A DNA stretch of 64,000 nucleotides from the human T2T-CHM13v2.0 reference genome, Homo sapiens, in assembly GCF_009914755.1 (NCBI RefSeq), contig NC_060929.1. One strand, written 5' to 3'. This document shows positions 24,801 through 36,262 of the stretch, in pieces (positions within the stretch are counted from its first letter, which is position 1; every line of letters starts with the position of its first letter). Both the position numbers and the translations under genes were made by a program. Under the pieces are notes generated by a model, which saw only the letters and a list, made by a program, of their open reading frames with translations, did no database searches and had not been told where the DNA came from.

Positions 24801-25155
24801 CAATAGCTTAATACTCTGTCTGTATGATGATGACTCCTGAAGTAGCAACCCTGATCACTCACTTAAACATTAGATATGCACGTCCAGTCACTTACAGGAC
24901 ACCTCTTAGTAGGCTCCAAACCCAACTCTTGATTCCTACTCTGCAGCCTCTAAAATGTCTCCTTCCTTTGTCTCTCAGTAAGTGAGCAACTACCCCATTT
25001 CTAACCCATTAATCCAGCCAGACACCTAAGGTTAGTGTTCGATGTTTTCCCTTTCTCAGACTCTCTACATTCAATCCATCAGCAAGACTGATTCACAGTA
25101 CTATCTCAACACATACGTATGGAATAGATGAATACATGAATAAATAAGCAAGTGT
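21900..25155 (+). mobile_element. Long degraded L2 LINE region (probably two tandem L2 pieces), interrupted by MLT1
   Basis: C/T-rich L2 ORF2-like motifs: 'ccccctctctgaacaccac', 'tgaactgtccctgctcctatctaaagccaaccc', 'ctccaaacccaactcttgatt', 'cattcaatccatcagcaag'; ends in a 'gatgaatacatgaataaata' tail. Left boundary uncertain. Confidence 0.7.
22115..22556 (+). mobile_element. ERVL-MaLR solo LTR (MLT1B/C)
   Basis: 'tgttatgagttgaactg...gtgtgaccttatt...gcagatgtaattagttagga...caagccaaggaa...aataaatttctgttgttttaagccacccagtttgt...aataca'. Confidence 0.88.
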
Positions 25156-26161
25156 ATACAACTGTCCTGTGCCAGGAGCAGAAACTAGGAAAAACTATCC
25201 ATCCCTTACAGTCCAAAGATTCAAATAACAGCATTCGTTCTTAACATGGCTTTTTAATAACTAATGAGAAAATGAAACCCGTAATAAAGTCATATGCCAA
25301 GATTCATAGCAAGAGTCCTCACTTCTCAAATTTGATCACTTCCCCTTAATTTACTGGCACAGCCTGCCCAGTGTTGCTATTTTGGGGGATCCGATTTCTC
25401 TTCTGCTAACCAGTTTAAATAAGTCCTAAAATTATGCGTGTTTAAGTTATTGCTCTCCAAATATAATTTCTAAACTTCTATAATATATTAATTGCCAGCC
25501 ATTGATAACTACTCAGGTAAAAATCTGGAGAACAAAACTAATTAAACCAACTTTCTAGATTAAAGGAGCGATAGTTCTGGTGTACTAGAGATGAAAAACA
25601 ATTAACCATATCAAATTATCTGTGGGAACAACCTCTGAGAGTTGTGTTTTTTACAACTTAATATTTTAATCCAATATTTTCTATTTGCTTTTCAACCCCA
25701 AATTCAATTTGAAATGTAAATAGTTAATGTTTTTAGGAATGGGAAACATTAATTCACTTATTTTCTGGTACACAAAGAACATTAGTGCCTATAAAAATGA
25801 CTTGGGTCATTGCTTTTTCAATAAAAGAGCAAAAATTTGAGCCAGGGTTGACTCACATATCCATTAGCATCTTAGGTTTATTGACTGTCATCCCATTCCT
25901 TTCAAACGCTTTTGAATTCAGAGAGTACTCACCAGACAATAAGTATACAAATCACTCACTTTAATAAAATTTTGTTGAATACCTAGATTGTAAGTTTATT
26001 CCTCACACTAAGAAGTCAGTCAGTCATGAGACAGACAGTCAATCCTGACGAGGCCCCACCACAACACACTCAGTGGTTATAAAGGGCAACAGGAAAGCAG
26101 AAAGCACAGCCTAACACCACTCATGGAAAATTTTATAGCACATGCACTCTTTGCAGGAAGT

Positions 26162-26325
26162 CAATGTAAATGCTATGTAAATACTGTATTGTTTATTGTA
26201 ATACTGTAAATACTGTAATACTGTATTGCTTTTAATTTGTATTATTTTTATTGTTATGTTATTCATTTTTATCAACAGTTTTTTGACTGTGGAGGTGGAA
26301 CTTTTGGATACAAAATGCTGATTAT
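26162..26325 (+). mobile_element. MER2 (TcMar-Tigger) terminal fragment
   Basis: 'caatgtaaatgctatgtaaata...tactgtatt...atttgtattatttttattgtt...ggatac'. Confidence 0.65.
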
Positions 26326-26707
26326 ATGCTGAGAAAGGATAAAGAAGGAAATGTCTTAAATAGAAGAAAACATAAGAAGATAGAAACTGCAGAGGACAGA
26401 GGACCACTGTATGCCCTGAAGACATCACTAAAGTGGCACATGAAGCACACTTTTGAACACTCAGGAAGAAATTCCTGACAATCAATGGACACAGAAAAAC
26501 ATTATTAAGTAAAACTTGTGGTGACTCTTTTGCTAGGCAGTGGGGCATAGTGGTTAAAAATTTGGGACTTGGGAGCCATTTCCAAAAAGAAAAAAAAATA
26601 ATGAACAAAAAAGTTCGTGGAGCTGCTTCCTGCGGAAATCATGAAAAATGCCACTGAAAGTCAAAGCCCTGCACTAATAACTAATTATTTGTCCTTGAAC
26701 AAGTTAT

Positions 26708-26817
26708 TTGTGAATACAGAACCCACAGATACGAAAGGCCAACTGTACTTATTGAAAACAATCCAGGTATAACTAGACCCGCACAGTTCAAACCCATGTT
26801 GTTCAAGGGTCAACTGT
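26708..26817 (+). mobile_element. MER2B/Tigger2-type terminal fragment
   Basis: 'gaacccacagatacgaaaggccaactgta...gacccgcacagttcaaacccatgttgttcaagggtcaactg' followed by TA. Confidence 0.8.
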
Positions 26818-26819
26818 AT

Positions 26820-27125
26820 AATTCACTTAATCCCTAGAGCAACTGTAAGAGCTAGATACGATTGTTATCCTTGTTTTGTAGGAGAGGAAAGTGAGGCACA
26901 GAAGTGTGGTTCAAGGACCAGAAGCATCTGCATCACTTGGGAGTTTGTGAGAAATGCATAATCTTAAGGCCCACCTCAGATTGCTAAATTGGAATCTGCT
27001 TTTTAATAAAATTAGCAGATTCCTACAAATATTAAAGTATCAGAAGCACCTGGCTAAAACCATCTTCCCAAAAGTGGTGGAAGGGGATTTCAAGCCTTAC
27101 AGGTCTCACTCTACACTGTACTGTA
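26820..27125 (-). mobile_element. MIR split by a MER5A insertion
   Basis: 'cacttaatcc...gattgttatcc...gaggaaagtgaggcacaga' resumes after the MER5A as 'aagtggtggaaggggatttcaagcc'. Confidence 0.6.
26902..27052. mobile_element. MER5A hAT-Charlie MITE
   Basis: 'aagtgtggttc...gcatcacttgggagtttgtgagaaatgcataatctt...ggaatctgc...ttaaagtatcagaagcac'. Confidence 0.75.
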
Positions 27126-27245
27126 TAAGCCTCTTTGCATTAGAAAATTAATGTAAAGTGCCTAGCATATTATAAGTAATAAACATTGTCCATCATTATA
27201 ATATTTTAGGAATAGTTTGTACATATTTCTACCTGGAAGTAAAAC

Positions 27246-27290
27246 TATTTATTTATTTGTTTATTTATTTATTTATTTATTTATTTATTT
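27246..27290. repeat. (TTTA)n microsatellite
   Basis: Direct reading, one interruption. Confidence 0.95.
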
Positions 27291-28385
27291 CAAACTAAAA
27301 TTTAAAAAGCTGAAATTATCACCAAACACTTAGCATTGACAGGAATTCGAATTGCAGAATTATAGAACATCAACACTTAAAGGGAACAGTAAGATCTAAG
27401 AATTCAAATCTCTTGTTTCATTTCTGTGGAAATTTGTGCTAAAAGAGATATGAAGTTAATGTGACGAAAGTCAGCCAGCAAATTAGGGGCATAGGAAGGA
27501 CTTAAACTTGGGTCTTGGTAGCTAGGTCTGCAATCATGCAATTATTACTGACTTCTCTTCATTCCCTGCCACTGCATAGGTCAAAAAAGGCAATTGGATA
27601 AGTAAGCAATTCGCAGATCCAAGTGGTTTCACATTACTGTTTAAAGCGCTCTCCCGACCACAGAGGCTACTTGTGATGTCTATGAATATAAAATATCTTC
27701 ATAATGTGTTTTTTCAGAAATCAGCTGTTTACTGGTTCTGTAGTAGATTCTCTCCTGGGTATTTCCTTAGCATTTGGCTAGAACATTGGTGCAAAATTGA
27801 TGTGGTATAATATTGTAAACTTTGGGCAATAGTGTAACCTCTCCCAACAATCCTTTTTTCTATCCAACATTAATTCTTATCATTCTATCCATCTTCATAG
27901 GAAATTTTTTAAGTAACAATGTTTTAGTCTTCTCTAAATTACAGCATATTTTTCCCTGCCCTCAAGAGTCCCCATCTTATAAATGTTTGCCTTTCGGTTA
28001 GTCCAGCCAAATTTTATTTTTTTGCCTGCCACCTGCATTCTAATAGTCCTTTTGCCTCTTAGGCACCTACTCTTGACCATTCATTTCTCCTCTTATCTCT
28101 ACAGTGTTCCAAGATAATTATGCAAAGTATATTCAGATCACTCCTTCAGCAGGCTACTGCATTCTTTCTTCAAATTGCTCAAAATACATTTCTCCCAAAA
28201 AGTATTTTCTTTACTTGTTGAGAATAACCAGGAATTGATTCATATTAGGCATTTTATTCATCTTTACTATGTAATCAGCAATAGAAATCTGATAGGCATG
28301 ATCCCTGACTTCATCTTCTACGCAATATTCTATGTATATATACCAGCTTGCCTTTAGCCTTATTACTGAGTTTTAATTTTGATAC

Positions 28386-28796
28386 TGTGATAGTTAACTA
28401 CATGTGTCAACTTAACTGGGCCACAAGATGCCCTGATATTTTAAACAGTATTCTGGTTGTGTCTGTGAGCATGTTTCCAGATGAGATTAACATTTGAATC
28501 AGTAGATTCCCCTCCCCAATGTGGTCGGGTGTTATCCAAGCCTTTGAAAGGCTGAATAGACCAAAAAAAAAGAATAAATGAGAATTCACTGTCTCTGACT
28601 GTTTTAGAGCTGAACATTGACCCTCTCCTATACTCAGACTGGGACTTATGCCATCAATTCTTCTGGTTCTCAGGATTTGGACTGGAACTACACTACCAGC
28701 TCTCCTGGGTCTCCAATTTGAAGATGGCAGATATCATGGGACTTCTTAGCCTATGCCTTATAATAAATTGTGTGTGTGTGTGTGCGTGTGTGTGTG

Positions 28797-28863
<67 letters not shown>

Positions 28864-28928
28864 GTATGTGTGTTTGTGTGTGTGTCCGTCCTATTGGTTC
28901 TGTTCCTCTGGAACAGATCAGACTATTA
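28386..28928 (+). mobile_element. ERVL solo LTR (MLT2, MLT2D-like)
   Basis: 'tgtgatagttaactacatgtgtcaacttaactgggcc...gatgagattaacatttgaatc...tgggacttcttagcct...cctattggttctgttcctctgga'. Confidence 0.88.
28769..28885. repeat. Compound (TG)n(TA)n(TG)n microsatellite inside the MLT2 LTR
   Basis: Direct reading; long uninterrupted TA run at about 28801-28860. Confidence 0.95.
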
Positions 28929-29849
28929 GAGATAGATTATGTGCCTTCACCTACTCACTGTTCCTGCTTTCCTTCCATGTGCTCACTGTTCCCTGTGAAT
29001 GGCTCAGGATTTGCTATGGGAAGTAATTTTGCCTTCCTATGAAAAGTAGATAAAGATTCAGATCCACCCTTTCTAAGTTGTAAGTATTTTTACTTTACGT
29101 GAACTTCCTTTAATGATTTAAACAAGAAGTGGAAAGCTTAATGTATGCTCAACTTTTTAAAAACTTAACAGAAAAAAATTGGAACACTATTGACCAAAAC
29201 TTTTAGCACTTTGGTTATCTAACGGTGTTTCCATTATGGGCGATGTTAATTTATTTATCTTTGCTTTTCTATATATTTCAAGATTAATCAAACAGTATAT
29301 TAATACTAATTTCGAAAAGACCAAAATCATTAAAAAAACAGATCGTTTTGATTCATACTGTCCTCTAGTTGGTAATCCCCAACAAATCAGCACAAATATC
29401 ACACCAAAATTAGAACAAAAATTTGTTAACAATAAAAAAGATAAAAACCCAGCAAATCTACACCAATTAAAAATAGATGATCACAAGGAAGAATAAACTA
29501 GTTTAAGATAAACCTACATAGGCTACTCACAGCACATTCCACCTTATATCATGAAACAAAAATCACCAAAAACCAAAAGATAAGATCTTTGCCGTTTCTC
29601 TCCATATGTCCTCAGATTCAAAGATCCAAGAAGTTACAACTGAAGAACAAGGTAGGGTTTCCTTTCTACCTTCTGTATTCTACTCTGTGAAGAAAGTAGT
29701 AACTATGCCCATTTACCATTTCCACCACCAGATGGTATAATCATCTACAAAAAAGAAAAAAAAACTCATTTAATTCAAAGAGTGAGAATTATATAAGGTA
29801 CATTTTTCTCACCACAAAGCAGAATTACAATACTTTTTTTTTAAGTACT

Positions 29850-31200
<1,351 letters not shown>

Positions 31201-32339
31201 AGCTAGTTATCTGAAAATCCACAGGTTAAAATATATTGTTATCTAATAATCTTTTAACCATTGATCCAGTTTGGCTGCCTGGAAGCATTTTCTAAGATTG
31301 TACATTCTACTTTGGAGGGTAAGGTTTTCTCTATCAATGTAGTAAGTAAAACATATGACCTATTTTTTTCTACCCATGGAATGAAGTTGTACTTGGTAAG
31401 GCTATAGCTCTAATCCTTTTTTCTTCTTCTTCTTCATTTTCATACTCAGTGGAAGAACTCAGGATCCATTGTCAAAGTTTTCTTTGAGTCTGCTGAGAAA
31501 ATCCCATCTTAAATTGCATTATATATTCAGCAGTTGTCATATATTCATTTATTCATTCAACAGAACATATTCTAAGTCTTAAAACATAGAAATACGCACT
31601 AAAGACACACAGATTAATTTTATCTCACTCGGCTTATTATCTAGTAGCAGAAAAAGACATAGGCATAAAAATTTAAGGGGACAATCTCATATAATAAAAG
31701 CATGTGCTATGAGGCCATAAAAAAACCAGTCTTTACACTTATGGCCCTTTGGAATATGCACTCAAGGGTCCTCATATATAACAACAGACCACTACTATGT
31801 ATGGACTAAGGATAGTTTTGAAAATTACTGAGTTAATATATCAACTACTCCAGTGAAACCAAGTGATATTTTAGTGTTCAAATTTATTATCAAATTATAG
31901 TATGTGGGCAGCTATTTGCTTTAAAAATAAAGTTTGCTAGACTATCCTTTGAAAAAAACTTTGGCCTGATATGATTTGCTATGTGCTGTTGTTGAAGTAT
32001 AGGGACCAACTGGATTGAAGCTGCTGCCTAATCAGCAAGCATACTGCTGGGGCATAATACACAAACTCCTTGAATTCCAATGGCATTACCTACTAACCCA
32101 CTGAAATGTTGATCATGGCCACACTGTGAGGCCAGCCTTGAGCACCCTGGGCCACCGTGTGAGATTTGTGACAGGATGCTTGAGCAGTGACCATCTGCAG
32201 GAAGAAATGGGGCAACCAGACCAAGGACAAGTCAAAGAAATGCTTTCAGACTCTACAGAGGCCCAGTGAACAACAGGGCTATGAACTGAGTCCCAGTAAC
32301 CAATAAACCAAGATTCAGATATCAAAAATGCAGCTGCTC

Positions 32340-32700
32340 GCCATAAAAAAGGATGAGTTCATGTCCTTTGTAGGGACATGGATGAAGCTGGAAGCCATCA
32401 TTCTGAGAAAACTATCACAAGAACAGAAAACCAAACATCACATGTTCTCACTCATAGGTGGGAATTGAACAATGAGATCACTTGGACACAGGAAGGGGAA
32501 CATCACACACCAGGACCTGTCGTGGGGTGGAGGGAGCGGGGAGGAATAGCATTAGGAGATATACCTAATGTAAATGGCGAGTTAATGGGTGCAGCACACC
32601 AACATGGCACATGTATACATATGTAACAAACCTGCACGTTGTGCACATGTACGCTAGAACTCAAAGTATAATAATAAAAAAGAGAAAAAAAAAGAAAAAA
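32340..32700 (+). mobile_element. 5'-truncated L1PA (about L1PA4-6) 3' end
   Basis: 'gccataaaaaaggatgagttcatgtcctttg...gagatcacttggacacaggaagggg...gcacgttgtgcacatgtac...aaagtataataat' plus A tail; TSD 32324-32339/32729-32744. Confidence 0.93.
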
Positions 32701-35700
32701 TAAGTAAAATAAAGATACACACTGAAAAAAAAATTCTGCTGCTCTTATTTAAACATAGTCTCTGTCCAGAGCACAAGTGTAGGGAAAGGGCCACAACTTC
32801 AGTGAGCTTTGCAAACGAAGACTTCAGGCACAAAGTACAGATTAAAATTACAGTGCAGTCTTGACATTTGCTCAGTGTAGAAGAAAATAAAAATACTTGA
32901 TTTGACATCAATCATTTCAGCCTCAAATATAAAATCAATCAAATATTTATTGAGCATCTTATACTCTGTATTCCGATCTATGTTAGGAGCTACAGAGATA
33001 TCCAAAAGAAGTGTAAGATGTGGTCTTTGACTTCAAGGTAATTACAGTCTAGATGATAAGTCATGTGCTCCCATAGTACCTAAAGTTATTTTTCAAAGTT
33101 CTAAATATAATTATAAGTAATTATTCAACTATTTTTTAATCTATTGCTCCATGGTGCTCTAAATTCCATGAGCTCAATCAAATCTAATCCATACCTCATC
33201 CACCACTTTACTTCCAATGCCAACTTCATAGTGGCTGCATAAGAAATATGTCTTGGATAGATGAATAAATGGATATGTGAGTGACATGTAAGAAGCATTT
33301 TTAAAAGTTCGGTTTTTTTCTGAATTGGGCTTAGTGTGAATGAGCACACAGAATGGAGAGAGCTCTAAGGACTGGAGTAGTGGGAAAACACTAATTACTA
33401 CCATTAATATCATCTATAAATATTAAGACCAAATCAAATACACCCAAATGTAAAAGCTTAAAATGTCTACTGAATGTGTTCATTACAAGCTACCACTGTG
33501 CTCTGGAGCCAACCATTTGGAAACTGCTATTCACCAATTGTCTCCTCTTGGCTGTTGTTTCTTCCCCCTACCAATTTGCTGACAATAGAAATACAGTTCT
33601 ATTCTTTCATTTCCCCACAGTATAGAAGACAAGGCTGCAAAGAGTACTAAATCTTCAGTGAATTTAGGGGTATCATGAGTACAACCTCAACGGCCATCTA
33701 TGCTGTTAGTAGAGAGGAGCACACATGGCTTCTTTGAAAGTCTCTGGAGGCCAGCATCACCTTTCCCAGTGGTCCCCAGGAATCTATTGAGAAAGAGTTC
33801 ACAAAGTATTCTCACCAAGCTTAGGCTTTAAGTTGCTAACACATGTGTGTCTTCTAAATTCACAGGAAGGTTAAACAACCTGCTGTGGTGATGGGAATGC
33901 TGTTGCCACACACATAACTGATTGGTTTTCCTTTTTTCTTTTGGTTAATACATTTTAATTGTCCCTTTTTCGATATTTCTGAGAGAATCCAAACAACAGT
34001 TCTTACATTTGTTTGATTTGCCCTTCTTTCAGAATCACTCCTACATTGCACAGAGACATAAATTTTACTTTCTCATTTTAAAAAAAATAGCTCTACCTTG
34101 ACTTCCATTTTAATTTCTAATGTAAATGCATACCCCTATGTACAAGCTTTGGCTCTACTGGGTGATGAGAAAATTAATTATATTTGTGAAATATGGCAAA
34201 TAATTAGTGGCCTTCCAATTGAAGTGCTAGTATTCTTGGATTATATAAAAATGTTTTAAGTATAAAAGCAAACATGGGTAATTTTAAAGCAAGGAAATTT
34301 CCAGCTCCTCAGGTTCATGCTGAGAATACAATTGTAGTAGAGACACCTTGCTGGTCCTTCACCATCACAACGATACACATGAAAATCCATAGGGATTTTT
34401 ACTTAAGTGCCAAGTTTTCTGACAGCTGTCACTCATCAATCATTTCTCTGCTTCCTTATTCATTCTTATCATAAACTTGGCAGATTTGGATTAAAAATAA
34501 TATGCTAGGAATTAATATATTTTTTGTATACTTTCTACTCTGAATTATTTTGGCTATTGAATTCCATTGAACCCTAATTCATTCCAATAATCAGTAATAT
34601 TTAAATGCAGATAATGAGCTAAAGTTCCTCATTATGAGCCTTTTTATATAGTTTATTTTTATGTTTATAAATATAACTGTGTAATTATATAACTATAAAA
34701 ATGTGTAAAATAATTGCTTAGTGTCATGATAATAAAGTTAAATCTATTCAGAATAAATTTTTATTACTTAGAAACATCACAGAAAAAAATTAATGTAAAA
34801 TTTCAATTCATATACATAATTTTTATAGTAAAATATATCTGATCAATATAAGATATTCAGGAACAAAAATATTATATTCAATTAAAAATCTTTACAGAGA
34901 AGTTGAATGGAAATGGACTCAGGAAGAAAAATATAGATGGTAGAAAATTTCTGACTATTAAAATGACCTTGTCCACGTATTTTTCAATTAAATATTGTGG
35001 CCATTGAATTGTTATTGTATTAAGATTCCATTGAAAAAGTATTAAAGTGATTCAATAGTTTGTTTTAATGTTAATATTTACAATTAGACTGATATTGCAT
35101 CATTTTCAACAAATTAAACTTAGAGTAAAAAATTTTAGCTGTTAACTTAATGTGAAAGAACTACATAGATTTTTCTACATTATTTTAAGTAGTATGAAGC
35201 AAAAAATTGAAAGTCTTCTATGGTAGACTATGAAAGACTAATATGGCATACTCAGCCACTCATACTGGGGCATGCTTAGCTGATGTGCTTTTGCTCTGAG
35301 GCTCTGCTTCATGACGAAATTCATCAGTTGGGGCATTTCTGTAGCTGACATTAGATTTCTCAGGAATCTAGTCCAGGAATCTCTGCATCAAGTTCAGATG
35401 AATTTCTTTGGAGACGTGTTCTCCAAACATGAGTGGAGAAAGCAGACCTACAGGTCCCTCCTGGCAGTTTTTCTATCTTAAGGTCTCCTGAAAAGAACAT
35501 ATTGAGAAAAAATAAGACATGCAGATACACACAGAACCAGTTTAGTCTAATTCCTGATTTCTCTAACTTCACAATGATACAGTTTTAATAAAGGTACATT
35601 CAATTTACATTAACAGAATATTTAATATTTTAGTTTTCAACTTATGAATTCAGATTTAATTGGCTTTATATTTTTTCTAAAAACAATGAATGGGTGTATA

Positions 35701-35722
35701 TAGTATATTCGTGTTGAAGGAC

Positions 35723-36262
35723 TGTATTAGATAATACTCATAAACCATTTCAGATCTCTTCAGCTTCACCTGTCTTTCATTCCAGCCACTGCTATGATGA
35801 ACAGTGCTGCGCAGACTCTGACCCACTTCGTGCAGGTGCAATCTGACTGTCCTTTGTGCCAGTTCTGTGCCATGCACAACACATCTTCCACCCAGCAGCT
35901 TCTCTGTTGATGCCATGGAGTAGGATGCTACAGAAATCTGTTTCATACTAAACCATACACAACCCAGAAGCACAAATCTCTATTTGTCCCTTGATGTAAA
36001 CCTTTGACAAATAGATGTTGGAAGCCAATGGGTAAGTATTTCTCCCTTTCTTCCCCAAGAGAGATGGTCCTGCAAGGCATTTTATAGGGTTTCTAGGACA
36101 GCCCTTTGAAGTGATAGTTGACTTGATAAGATTCTCTTTTATTGCCCTCCTTGCTTTGTCACCCCACAAGTCTGCTTTCTGGAAAAAACATTCCCCCAAT
36201 GAAATACTTGCATATGAATGTTTGCCAGATGTTCTGCTTTCTGGAGAACCAAGTCTATGACT
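35723..36262 (+). mobile_element. ERVL 5' LTR (LTR40/LTR52/LTR16-like)
   Basis: Begins 'tgtattagata', ends 'tctgctttctggagaaccaagtctatgac', and is followed directly by the ERVL-internal start 'gtagataccagaaagaatcctaaaaagca'. Confidence 0.65.

Noticed and set aside
26111-26608. 165-aa minus-strand ORF
   Set aside because: Non-ATG start, spans MER2 and MIR fragments, low-complexity composition.
27718-27805. Possible plus exon after 'ttttttcag' (KSAVYWFCSRFSPGYFLSIWLEHWCKIDV)
   Set aside because: Only weak donors and an unrecognised peptide; consistent with chance.
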